A stretch of 64,000 bases of DNA from an uncultured Candidatus Saccharibacteria bacterium. Lineage in GTDB: Bacteria; Patescibacteriota; Saccharimonadia; Saccharimonadales; Saccharimonadaceae. The notes beneath the pieces were generated by a model. That model had not been told where the DNA came from and did not search any database. It saw only the letters and a program-made list of their open reading frames with translations. Shown piece after piece: positions 9,752 to 19,023 of this stretch. The translations under genes and the position numbers were made by a program. Positions within the stretch are counted from its first letter, which is position 1. Each line of letters begins with the position of its first letter. The DNA lies in NCBI GenBank assembly GCA_963526735.1, contig CAURNU010000003.1:62530-126529 (forward strand), read 5' to 3'.

Positions 9752-10912
9752 TTAGATTTTACGCAAAATTACAATACGACGAGCGACGATTTGATCATTG
9801 CGGTGATAGAGTAGACCGCGTTCATCAACGTGCCGTAATTTAACCAATTCAAAACCAAGTCGTTTGAGATAAATCGGCTTAATTAGCTCTAAGTCACGAT
9901 ATGAACCATCACGTCGCAACCAAGCTGGTAGGGCGAGACAAACACGAGCGCTAGTGGGTAATTGTTGATGTAAATTAGTTAAAAATCGGGTTTGTAATTG
10001 ACTAATGGTGTCGGCCTCGGTGTCAATAGTGGTGTCTGATTGGATTGACTTAAACGGATAGCCAAGATAAGTTTCGCTAGCAACACAATCGACATCATTT
10101 GGCCACTGTGCTTCGGTGGCATCACCAACTAGCAACTCGGGAGCTAAATCACGATCGAGCCAAGCTAGATTCTGCTTGGTATAATCAATCATTCGAGGCT
10201 CGAGGTCGCTACCAACCACTCGAAAACCAAGCAAATGAGCTTCTTGCAAAACCACGCCCGTTCCGCAAAACGGATCAAGTAATTTAAACTGCTGGTTAGG
10301 CGCAAACGGTGCTGGGCGTGATAAATTAATTAAAATTTGGGCTAACTTCGGTGGTAGCATGCCGACACGAGCATCACGATTCGGACGCTTACGGTCACGG
10401 TTGACGTAAGCGGTGATATTTTGGGCGCCAAGACTGCGACCGATGTAGGTTCGGCCGGCTTGTTCAACGATAATTAATTCAAGCTTTTTGGGGCTCAGGC
10501 CGAGCTTGTTATGGTGCGAGACGGCGGTTGATAAAGCGCTAGTTTGATTGGGGACGAGGCGAATTGAGCCGGTGAAGGCTGATTTAAGCGCTAGACCAAG
10601 CTCCTGCGCCTGACATGGTTTGATGCGCGAACTGTAATAACTCACGCCAAGCGTGATTTTACCTAAATCTTGCGGTAGGGTTTTAGCATAAAACTGTACT
10701 AGGCGATTCTTGACGGTTTTAAAATCAGTGGTGTTTAACTCCAGATCAAGTTGCGCTAACTTCAAACAACCACCGAAATGATTAATTTCAGCGTTTTTCG
10801 CCTCAATCAACACAAAATCCTTACCAACAAGCTGGAGTTTATCGGCTCCGAAATAACTCTCGAGCTCGGCCACTGATAGCTCAGCTTGTCGTCCCAAAAT
10901 CGCAATTAACAT
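9752..10912 (-). CDS. SAM-dependent RNA/DNA methyltransferase (UPF0020/Trm11-like)
   Basis: Motif I LLDPFCGTGVVLQEA in the C-terminal half and an N-terminal non-catalytic domain. The substrate cannot be determined from sequence. Confidence 0.55.
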   Translation of the reverse strand: MLIAILGRQAELSVAELESYFGADKLQLVGKDFVLIEAKNAEINHFGGCLKLAQLDLELNTTDFKTVKNRLVQFYAKTLPQDLGKITLGVSYYSSRIKPCQAQELGLALKSAFTGSIRLVPNQTSALSTAVSHHNKLGLSPKKLELIIVEQAGRTYIGRSLGAQNITAYVNRDRKRPNRDARVGMLPPKLAQILINLSRPAPFAPNQQFKLLDPFCGTGVVLQEAHLLGFRVVGSDLEPRMIDYTKQNLAWLDRDLAPELLVGDATEAQWPNDVDCVASETYLGYPFKSIQSDTTIDTEADTISQLQTRFLTNLHQQLPTSARVCLALPAWLRRDGSYRDLELIKPIYLKRLGFELVKLRHVDERGLLYHRNDQIVARRIVILRKI

Positions 10913-10941
10913 AAGGCTATTATATATGATATGATGGTGAT

Positions 10942-12051
10942 ATGGAAGTGGGAGAACGAGTTCCGTCGCTACCGATTTTCGGTGTGGTTGATTTTTTGGC
11001 GACGACTAATCAGATTTTAGACTACAGCTTGCCAGTGGTGCAAATTATTGGTGAGGTGTCAAGTTTTAAGATTAATCAAGATAAGTTTATTTTTTTTGAT
11101 CTCAAAGAAGACGATAGCTTGGTGAGTTGTTTTATGATGCGGTTTAAACTGCGTCAAGAGATTATTGATGGCATGAAGGTGATTATTACCGGTAAACCGA
11201 ACTTGATGCGGATGGGTAAGTTCAGCATTACTGTGGACAGTGTTAAGCCTTTTGGTCATGGTGAAATTAAAAAACAGCGTGATTTATTGTTTAAAAAACT
11301 CAAAAACGAAGGCTTGTTTGATGAGGCGCGCAAGCGAGCTTTACCACGATTGCCAGAGCGAATTGGGGTGATTTCTTCAACTGGCGCCGCTGGCTATCAG
11401 GATTTTATAAAAATTATCAACGAGCGTTGGTCGGGGTTGGAACTGGTGGTACGTTCAACTCCAGTGCAGGGCGATATGGCGGCTGATGAAATGATTAACG
11501 CCCTCGATGAGTTGAACCAGATGGATTTAGATGTGATTGTGATGATTCGTGGCGGTGGGTCACGGGATGATTTGGCGTGTTTTGACGATGAACGGCTGGC
11601 ACGGGCGATCGATGAGAGCTATTTGCCGGTGGCGACTGGTATTGGGCACGAGATTGATATCAGTCTGGCAGATCTGGTGGCGGACTTTCGAGCGGCCACG
11701 CCGAGTCATTTAGCACAGGCAATTGTGCCGTCAAAAAAAACCGTGCTTGATGGCCTGGAGCAAGGTCTGAAATATATTCAGGCTGATTTAGTGCAAACCT
11801 GCGATCGCCAACTCGACTGGGTTGATCAGTGCCATCTAGAAGTGTTACAGGCGCTGTTTGATAAAATTGAACAAACCGAAAACCGGGTGTTTGAAATGGC
11901 GCGAATTCTCAAGGCGCTTAATCCTCAGCGCGTCTTGGAACGCGGTTATGCCATTGTCCGGGGAATTGTCGCCCAACAACAGTTAATTGAAATTGAGCTA
12001 AAAGATAAAATAATTGCCGCTGAGGTAAAGGAGATTTATGACAAAAAATAA
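10942..12051 (+). CDS. xseA: Exodeoxyribonuclease VII large subunit
   Basis: N-terminal OB-fold region and the catalytic-core pattern VIVMIRGGGSRDDLACFDDE. It is followed by overlapping xseB. Confidence 0.9.
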   Translation: MEVGERVPSLPIFGVVDFLATTNQILDYSLPVVQIIGEVSSFKINQDKFIFFDLKEDDSLVSCFMMRFKLRQEIIDGMKVIITGKPNLMRMGKFSITVDSVKPFGHGEIKKQRDLLFKKLKNEGLFDEARKRALPRLPERIGVISSTGAAGYQDFIKIINERWSGLELVVRSTPVQGDMAADEMINALDELNQMDLDVIVMIRGGGSRDDLACFDDERLARAIDESYLPVATGIGHEIDISLADLVADFRAATPSHLAQAIVPSKKTVLDGLEQGLKYIQADLVQTCDRQLDWVDQCHLEVLQALFDKIEQTENRVFEMARILKALNPQRVLERGYAIVRGIVAQQQLIEIELKDKIIAAEVKEIYDKK

Positions 12052-12220
12052 AACTATTAAGCAACAAATGGAAGAGATCGAAGAGATTTTAAACTGGTTC
12101 GATCAAGCCAGTGATTTTGATGTCGAGAAGGCAACTGAGAAATACCAGCAGGCCTATGAGCTACTTCAGGAACTGCGTTTAGATTTAGAAACTAAGAAAA
12201 ATCAGATTGAGGAACTGTAG
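12038..12220 (+). CDS. xseB: Exodeoxyribonuclease VII small subunit
   Basis: A 60-aa helical protein that overlaps the end of xseA by 14 nt, with the typical size and position for xseB. Confidence 0.8.
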   Translation: MTKNKTIKQQMEEIEEILNWFDQASDFDVEKATEKYQQAYELLQELRLDLETKKNQIEEL

Positions 12221-12310
12221 TAATTTGGATATTTTAAGAAAATATTATCTGGCAGAAAATAAAACAATAAAAAGTCAACCGAACAATTTTACACTGGTTG
12301 TGGAAAAAGC

Positions 12311-12850
12311 ATGAGCGAGATTTTGATGATAATTGGTGGGGTAGCGGGGGCGATGTTTTTGTTGACGGTGCTGGTTGGTGCGCCGTATGTGCCAACGCAT
12401 AGTCGTCAGTTTCGTCGGCTGTTGCGTCATTTACGGCTTAATCCGCAGACCGATGTGTTGGTCGATTTAGGTGCGGGTGACGGGAAGATTGTGCGCTTGT
12501 CAGCTCCATATGTGAAATTAGCGCTGGGCTACGAAATTAATCCGGCTCTAGTGATGCTGGCAAAATTACGCACTCATCGTTTTCAGAATGCTCGTATTCA
12601 GCTGGCTGATTTTCGTCAGATTCAGTTGCCTCCGGAAACGACTATGATTTATATATTTTCGGCTGGGACTTTTTTAAACCAGGTGATTGCGCTGATTAAT
12701 CGTCATCTGCAACAAGCCAATCAGTCAGTCACGGTGATTAGTTATGGTTTTGAAATGCCATATCTCGGTCAGCCGGAGATTTATCAGGGTTTTTTGATTT
12801 ATCACCTCAAGCAAAAAAGCACTAGCAAAAAACCGTCAAGCAAGGTATAA
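12311..12850 (+). CDS. Class I SAM-dependent methyltransferase with N-terminal TM helix
   Basis: Motif I VLVDLGAGDGKIV and a hydrophobic N-terminus. Confidence 0.55.
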   Translation: MSEILMIIGGVAGAMFLLTVLVGAPYVPTHSRQFRRLLRHLRLNPQTDVLVDLGAGDGKIVRLSAPYVKLALGYEINPALVMLAKLRTHRFQNARIQLADFRQIQLPPETTMIYIFSAGTFLNQVIALINRHLQQANQSVTVISYGFEMPYLGQPEIYQGFLIYHLKQKSTSKKPSSKV

Positions 12851-12858
12851 TCTAATTT

Positions 12859-13515
12859 ATGGAAAACGCTCAACAAAAAAATCCCAAAAACGAAGCTAAC
12901 GGCTTGATGGTGATGGTAGTGGTCTTTGGACTAATCTTATTCTTGGGTCTGGTGACCATGGTGTGGATGGCAATTACTTTTGCTAATTACCGTAATAATG
13001 ATGTTAATCGTCTCAAGGCAAAAGAAGAAGAATCGCGTATTGCGACTACGCAGAAGTTAGAAGCACAATTTGCCGAACTCGAAAAAACACCATATCAACA
13101 GTTTGTGGGGCCAGAAGATTTAGGGCGTGTGGCTTTTTCTTACCCTAAAACTTGGAATCAATACATTAATAAGGCCACTCAGCCATTTGAAGTGTTTTTT
13201 AATCCAAATCTAGTCCGTCCAGTGTCAGATTCGAACTCGCGCTATGCTCTGCGGATGCTAATTGAGCCAAATGATTATGTCAAAGTTGTTGATAAATACA
13301 GTAGTTTGATTAAAAGTAATAAACTCAAACAATCGATTATTAATATCAACGGTCAGCAGTCAACCCGCCTTGATGGTCAATTTAGTGATAAGATCACTGG
13401 TTCGGCGGTGATCTTCAAAATCCGTGACAAGACGGTGACGATTCGTACCGATACTGACCAAACTCACTTGCCAGATTTTAATAAATTGATTGGCACTATC
13501 ACCTTCAAAGATTAA
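12859..13515 (+). CDS. Membrane-anchored hypothetical protein
   Basis: A single N-terminal TM (GLMVMVVVFGLILFLGLVTMVWMAI) followed by a soluble domain of about 170 aa. Confidence 0.5.
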   Translation: MENAQQKNPKNEANGLMVMVVVFGLILFLGLVTMVWMAITFANYRNNDVNRLKAKEEESRIATTQKLEAQFAELEKTPYQQFVGPEDLGRVAFSYPKTWNQYINKATQPFEVFFNPNLVRPVSDSNSRYALRMLIEPNDYVKVVDKYSSLIKSNKLKQSIININGQQSTRLDGQFSDKITGSAVIFKIRDKTVTIRTDTDQTHLPDFNKLIGTITFKD

Positions 13516-13537
13516 AAAACTTACTCACTGAGGAATT

Positions 13538-13569
13538 AAAAACCGTTGTAGTAAATACAACGGTTTTTT
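13538..13569 (+). terminator. Rho-independent terminator
   Basis: AAAAACCGTTGTA-GTAAA-TACAACGGTTTTTT. Confidence 0.75.
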
Positions 13570-13584
13570 AGGTGTGTTGGCGTA

Positions 13585-14331
13585 TTGAGTCGTTCAGAGA
13601 ATGATGTTTTATGCTACAATAATGATATGAATAACTCAGAGTGGAGTGTATTGGATTTGGGGCAAAATACCATTGTGGCGCACGAGCTAAAAAGCCCATT
13701 GGCACTGATTCGTCAGATGTCGTTGTTTTTAGCGCAGAATCAACTCGAACCGGCCAAAACCCAGCGCTATTTGCAACAAATTGTTGCCACATCCGAGCGA
13801 GCCTTACGATTGACTAACGGACTGAGTCGGTTAGCCAATATTGATCAATTACCACTTAATCTTGAGCCAATTAACGTCGCTGAGCTCTGTAAGCAAGTGG
13901 AAGTTGAGCTTAATCCGTTGTTTAAATTACATCAGAAGCGCCTATTGGTGCGTAAAAAACGTCGTCAATATCTAGCGGTGGCCGATCATTTTTTATTGAA
14001 GTCAGTGTTAATTCAGTTTTGCGATAATGCACTGCATTATGCGGATGCGCGTCATCCAGTCAAGATCGAAATTGCCCAAACGCAACAAGCAATTCGGGTG
14101 AGCGTCAAAGATCGCGGACCGCGCTTGCCGATTGCGGTTTGGCGTCAGCTTAATGCTAATCGTTTAGTCCCGCAGGCTATCGCTTCGCGTCCGCAGAGTA
14201 GTGGAATTGGACTATGTATCGCTCAGCAATTTGCCGAGGCAATGTCAGCACATATTGGCGCCCAGTCACATGCTGATGGGGTAAGTTTTTATATTGATTT
14301 AATGATTTCTAATCAGTTGTCACTGTTATGA
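13585..14331 (+). CDS. Soluble sensor histidine kinase (HisKA + HATPase, no TM or sensor domain)
   Basis: H-box VAHELKSPLALI, N-box FCDNALHYA, G-boxes DRGPRL and SSGIGLCIAQ. The likely true start is ATG 13627, 6 nt after TACAAT (13614-13619). Confidence 0.75.
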   Translation: MSRSENDVLCYNNDMNNSEWSVLDLGQNTIVAHELKSPLALIRQMSLFLAQNQLEPAKTQRYLQQIVATSERALRLTNGLSRLANIDQLPLNLEPINVAELCKQVEVELNPLFKLHQKRLLVRKKRRQYLAVADHFLLKSVLIQFCDNALHYADARHPVKIEIAQTQQAIRVSVKDRGPRLPIAVWRQLNANRLVPQAIASRPQSSGIGLCIAQQFAEAMSAHIGAQSHADGVSFYIDLMISNQLSLL

Positions 14332-14732
14332 TAAGAGCGCAAATCCCCACTGATAGCGTTTCGACAAGTGAACTACCACTGGTGATGGTAGTGGATGATG
14401 ATATATTTTTTGGGCAATTAGTGCAGGATGTGCTGGATGAATATCAAGTTGTGCTATGTACTGATGCGGTGATGGCGTTAGAGCGACTCGATGAGCTAAC
14501 GCCACAAGCAATGATTATTGATTTGTTAATGCCGGCGGCGACTGGTTTTAGCTTAATTCAGGAATTGATTTCACATGATGATCTCAATAAAATCCCGTTG
14601 ATTATCTGTTCAAGCGTGGCAAATGAAGTTGACGCCGAGTTTTTGCAGGCGAGTGGCGTACAGGCGATTTTGGACAAAAACATCATTCAGCCTCGGGATT
14701 TAAAATTAACACTCAAGCGGCTTGGTGTATGA
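14328..14732 (+). CDS. Single-domain response regulator (receiver only)
   Basis: VMVVDDD and the phospho-acceptor context MIIDLLMP, with no output domain. It overlaps the kinase stop by 4 nt. Confidence 0.75.
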   Translation: MIRAQIPTDSVSTSELPLVMVVDDDIFFGQLVQDVLDEYQVVLCTDAVMALERLDELTPQAMIIDLLMPAATGFSLIQELISHDDLNKIPLIICSSVANEVDAEFLQASGVQAILDKNIIQPRDLKLTLKRLGV

Positions 14733-14775
14733 TGTTAAAAACACAACATAATCTAAGAATTACATTGTCTAGAAG

Positions 14776-15462
14776 GTGGCAATGAGTCAGTTTTTGCGTA
14801 CACAAGCGATTATTTTACGGCGGACTAACTACGGTGAGGCTGATAAAATTATCAATTTTTTAACCACCGACGGTCAGTTGTCGGCTGTGGCACGGGGTAT
14901 TCGCAAAGCTGGCAGTAAACTCGCCGGGGCGCTTGAGCCGTTTAGCGTAGTGGAGTTGGTGCTAGTGAAAACTCGCGGTGATTTATATCGGATTACCAGT
15001 GCTAATTTGTTGGCACATTTTGATCAAATTATCGCTTCGTATGAGCGGTTAGAACTAGGTTATTATTTTATAAAAGTCGCCAGTCGGCTCAGTCAGGATT
15101 TAGATGGTGACTATTGGTTTGTGATTTTAAAACAAACGCTGGAAGCGCTCAATCAACCAACGATTGATATGCGCTTAATTAAGGCTTGGTTTAATTTTCA
15201 GGCGGCGATTGCGCAGGGTGAGGCTTTTAACTGGGAACTAACAGCTGATGGTCAGGCGACGCAATTGACGCAGAATTACAGCTATGACGTCGGTCAAAAA
15301 GTCTTATCTCATGATCTAAATGGACGGATTACTGGTGATGTCTTAAAGCTTATCAAAGCGTTAAATCTCTACGACCTGCCAACAGTCGCACGCATCAAGG
15401 GTACAGAGCCATATTTAGACTTATTATTAAATGTGTCAGTGGCGCATTTGAGTTTGGAATAG
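14776..15462 (+). CDS. recO: DNA repair protein RecO
   Basis: The N-terminal OB pattern TQAIILRRTNYGEADKIINFLT and the length are typical of RecO. Confidence 0.75.
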   Translation: MAMSQFLRTQAIILRRTNYGEADKIINFLTTDGQLSAVARGIRKAGSKLAGALEPFSVVELVLVKTRGDLYRITSANLLAHFDQIIASYERLELGYYFIKVASRLSQDLDGDYWFVILKQTLEALNQPTIDMRLIKAWFNFQAAIAQGEAFNWELTADGQATQLTQNYSYDVGQKVLSHDLNGRITGDVLKLIKALNLYDLPTVARIKGTEPYLDLLLNVSVAHLSLE

Positions 15463-15521
15463 GATTTTGGCAAAATAAAAAGCCCACCGTATATAGTGAG
15501 CCTTATGTGTCTTATTAAAAC

Positions 15522-16016
15522 TTAGAAAGGATCGTTATTGGGGTGAGTTCCATCTTGATAAATAAAACGAGCACCTCCTCTTTTATAACTTCTGAGATTG
15601 TTAAGAAGATTTTGTGAAGCTGAGACTTCTTGAAACGACCCAATCAAAAATTTATGTTTGGGGTGATCAATAAGGTCCATATGATACCCATTCGTATCCA
15701 CAATAATCCTGAATATGTTAGTTAATTCACCGGTCTTTTGCGGCACAACCACAATATTTTGATTGTGTTTTTTCTGCAATATGCTGTGGACCGCATTCTC
15801 AATGAATCGAGGAGAATAACGATATGTTACATCCATCTCGCGACGACCGTCAGTTGAACGAACTGTTTGCAGGATTCGTGCGTGTAGAATTTTGTACACC
15901 AGGATTTCATCAGTGCGTTTAATGGTTGCAAGCTCAGCCATTAAGTTGATTTTATTATCGAGCTTGCCCTCAACACTTTCAAAATTATTGTCGTTAGCAT
16001 TTTTTTTAGCAGTCAT
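15522..16016 (-). CDS. Hypothetical protein
   Basis: AGGAGG RBS upstream. No motif recognised. Confidence 0.5.
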   Translation of the reverse strand: MTAKKNANDNNFESVEGKLDNKINLMAELATIKRTDEILVYKILHARILQTVRSTDGRREMDVTYRYSPRFIENAVHSILQKKHNQNIVVVPQKTGELTNIFRIIVDTNGYHMDLIDHPKHKFLIGSFQEVSASQNLLNNLRSYKRGGARFIYQDGTHPNNDPF

Positions 16017-16215
16017 TTTTTCCTCCTAGAAAAAATAGAGCGCGCTAGGCGCTCAAAATAGATTTAACTATCTTAAGAGTCCCTTTGGATGTAAAAGAAC
16101 TAATAAGACGCCTATATTGTATCAGAAAATGCTTATTTTGCAAGCATAAACAGTTTCAAAAACCACCTTGTCGCATGAGGAGAAGGTGGTTGATGGCGAT
16201 TATGAAACGCTGATT

Positions 16216-16629
16216 TTAAGCCAATTCGCGCTGTAAAACCTGCAGACCGCGCTGGAACATTGACTGGCGCTTGGTGTTAAGCTGTTGATTCATAACTAGG
16301 GCGATACGCATCAGCTGAGAGTTAGTCTCTTGTTCTTGCTTCAAAATATCAGTCAGGAGATTATCAATGTTGACCGTCTTGAGGGTGGCGTTAAACTTGC
16401 CGAATTCATCGAGCGTAATTTTAATCGCTAAATCTTTGGCCTCGAGAATATTATTAAAACCGAGCGTTACGTCACGAAAAGTAGGCTGACCGCGCTCAAA
16501 GCGCGCCAGGGCAGAATTGACTTCCCGCAAAATCTCCAAGCTAGCATAGAGTGCTGTCGCCCGAGTCTGAACCACGGGATTTTTGGCACTAAAAAGTAGC
16601 TCTAAAAACTGTTTTAGATCTGATTTCAA
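16216..16629 (-). CDS. Hypothetical helical protein
   Basis: A 137-aa ORF followed on its own strand by a hairpin plus T-run (around 16170-16200). No motif recognised. Confidence 0.5.
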   Translation of the reverse strand: MKSDLKQFLELLFSAKNPVVQTRATALYASLEILREVNSALARFERGQPTFRDVTLGFNNILEAKDLAIKITLDEFGKFNATLKTVNIDNLLTDILKQEQETNSQLMRIALVMNQQLNTKRQSMFQRGLQVLQRELA

Positions 16630-16775
16630 ATTGTTTATCCTTTTTTTGTGTTATTAATTAATAATATCTTCATTATAGCATAATTATTATAAAAAGTCAA
16701 TTATTATCCCGCGCGCAGTATCTGTAAAATTCACTCAATTCTGGTATAATAAAAAGCAGAAGAAACGGAGATAAC

Positions 16776-18128
16776 ATGAAACAAGATGATACAATGGCGA
16801 AATTGATTGCGCTAGCCAAGCGACGCGGATTTATTTATCAGGGTAGTGAAGTATACGGTGGTCTGTCGGGAACTTGGGATTATGGTCCGCTGGGTGTAGC
16901 GTTGAAGCGCAAAATTATCAATCGCTTCTGGCAAACCTTTATTGATGGACGCGACGATATGTATGGCGTTGACGCAGCGATTTTGATGAACCAAAAAGTT
17001 TGGCGGGCAAGTGGGCATGTTGAGACTTTTGTTGATCCGTTGTGTGAAGATGTGGTGACTAAAAAACGCTACCGCACCGATCATGTTTTGAAGGATAACG
17101 GCTTGTCGGCAGACGGCTTGACAATGGCGGAAATGGACGCGCTGATTATCGAAAAGGGCATTAAATCACCAGATGGCAACCCTTTGAGTGCCTCACGTGT
17201 GTTTAATATGATGTTTAAAACTAACGTCGGTGCGATGGAGAGCGAGGACTCGGTCAGTTATCTGCGACCGGAGACGGCACAGGGTATTTTTACGAATTAT
17301 CGGAATATAGTGGATTGTTTCTATCCGGATTTACCGTTCGGTATCGGTCAGGTGGGTAAGGCGTTTCGTAACGAAATCAGCCCGCGGGATTTTGTGTTCC
17401 GCTCGCGTGAATTTGAACAGATGGAAATTGAATATTTTGTTAATCCGAATGATTGGGAACGAGCGTTTGAAGAGTGGCGTCAGGCGTTTTGGGATTTTCT
17501 GACTGGTTTGGGTCTGCCGAAAGAAGCGATTCATGAGCTAGAAGTGCCAGAGGCGGATCGTGCCCATTACTCGAAGCGGACGATTGATTTTGAATTTGAT
17601 TATCCAGGCCTCGGTCGGGAAGAATTGATGGGAATTGCCTATCGTACGGATTTTGACCTCAATAACATTGAGCGAGCTAGTGGTAAAAAGATGGAATATC
17701 TCGTCAAAGGCTCGAATGAACGGTTCGTGCCTCATGTGATTGAGCCGAGTATTGGCGTCGAGCGACTACTGATGGCGGTATTAGCGACGGCTTATACTGA
17801 GGATCAAGTTGGTGGCGAGACTCGAGTGGTGTTGCGTCTGACAGAAGAATTGGCACCAGTACGCTATTGTGTATCACCACTGCTCAAAAATAAACCAGCG
17901 TTAGTCGAAAAAGCCCGTGAGGTATATCGTGCTTTGAAACAAAAATACGGCAATGTCGTCTGGGATGACAACGGCAATATCGGTAAACGCTATCGCCGTC
18001 AGGATGAAATCGGTACACCGTATTGTGTCGTTGTGGACTTTGAGAGCCTCGAGGATAATACTGTAACTGTGCGTGAGCGTGACACAGCTGAACAAAAGCG
18101 AGTAGCTATTAGCGAACTAATTGGTTAA
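16776..18128 (+). CDS. glyQS: Glycine--tRNA ligase (dimeric GlyQS type)
   Basis: MAKLIALAKRRGFIYQGSEVYGGLSGTWDYGPLG and class II aaRS motifs (FRNEISPR, GIGVERL). Confidence 0.95.
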   Translation: MKQDDTMAKLIALAKRRGFIYQGSEVYGGLSGTWDYGPLGVALKRKIINRFWQTFIDGRDDMYGVDAAILMNQKVWRASGHVETFVDPLCEDVVTKKRYRTDHVLKDNGLSADGLTMAEMDALIIEKGIKSPDGNPLSASRVFNMMFKTNVGAMESEDSVSYLRPETAQGIFTNYRNIVDCFYPDLPFGIGQVGKAFRNEISPRDFVFRSREFEQMEIEYFVNPNDWERAFEEWRQAFWDFLTGLGLPKEAIHELEVPEADRAHYSKRTIDFEFDYPGLGREELMGIAYRTDFDLNNIERASGKKMEYLVKGSNERFVPHVIEPSIGVERLLMAVLATAYTEDQVGGETRVVLRLTEELAPVRYCVSPLLKNKPALVEKAREVYRALKQKYGNVVWDDNGNIGKRYRRQDEIGTPYCVVVDFESLEDNTVTVRERDTAEQKRVAISELIG

Positions 18129-18134
18129 ATATTT

Positions 18135-18911
18135 ATGGAAATAATTCGCTCGCGTCAAAATACAAAAATCAAGCAAATCGCTAAGCTAGTCACTGAGGCA
18201 AAAGCTCGGCGCCAAGCTGGTTTGACAGTGATTGATGGGGTGAGTTTTGTGCGGGATTACATCGCGAAATTTGGTCAGCCAGAGATGTTGCTGATTGATG
18301 AAACTAAACAAGAGCGTGTGCGGGCCGTCTCGGAGCTGGCAAGTGAATATATTCTGATATCGCCAGAAGTGATGAAACTAATCTCGCCAGTTAAAACCAA
18401 TGCTGGTGTTTTAGCGGTGGTTAAAATCCCAACTGTGTCTCAATTCCACTCCGCCGAACAATCGGTAATTTTGATCGATCAAGTGCAGGATCCGGGTAAC
18501 CTCGGGGCGATTTGTCGCTTGGCACTGGCAGTTGGCATTAAAGATATCGTGTTGGCTGATGGCTCGGTAGATGCGTTTGCACCGAGTGTGATTCGAGCTA
18601 GCGCTGGTGCGGTGTTTGATTTGCATATTTACCAAAAAACTGATTTGGCGCAGTTTATCATGACACATACGGAGTATCAATTTATCGCGACAAGTTCGCA
18701 TGCTGAGAAAAATATCTTTGAGCTGGATCTGACTGGCAAAATTGGCTGGCTGGTGGGCAATGAAGGTGCGGGGGTCTCACCGACGCTTTTGCAGTTAGCG
18801 ACTTTGACAACTAAAATCCCGCAATCTGATCAGTTGGAATCGCTCAATTTAGCGATGGCCACGACGGTTTGTCTGTATGAGCAGTATCGCCAAAATCTAC
18901 GTTTAAGCTAG
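18135..18911 (+). CDS. TrmH/SpoU-family RNA 2'-O-methyltransferase
   Basis: SpoU motifs DQVQDPGNLGAICR, LVGNEGAGVS and ESLNLAMA. Confidence 0.8.
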   Translation: MEIIRSRQNTKIKQIAKLVTEAKARRQAGLTVIDGVSFVRDYIAKFGQPEMLLIDETKQERVRAVSELASEYILISPEVMKLISPVKTNAGVLAVVKIPTVSQFHSAEQSVILIDQVQDPGNLGAICRLALAVGIKDIVLADGSVDAFAPSVIRASAGAVFDLHIYQKTDLAQFIMTHTEYQFIATSSHAEKNIFELDLTGKIGWLVGNEGAGVSPTLLQLATLTTKIPQSDQLESLNLAMATTVCLYEQYRQNLRLS

Positions 18912-18985
18912 TAATAACTAATTGTTGCTGAATTAGCAAAATAATGATTTTGAGTTTGTATTTATAATAAAAGCTGTTTTAGATA

Positions 18986-19014
18986 TTGACATATAAGCAT
19001 AAGTGTGATAGAAT
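18986..19014 (+). promoter_or_regulatory. Promoter of the repeat-protein gene
   Basis: TTGACA (18986-18991), 17-nt spacer, TAGAAT (19009-19014). ATG 19024 follows only 9 nt later with no SD, so the transcript is near-leaderless. Confidence 0.55.
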
Positions 19015-19023
19015 GCTGGTATT

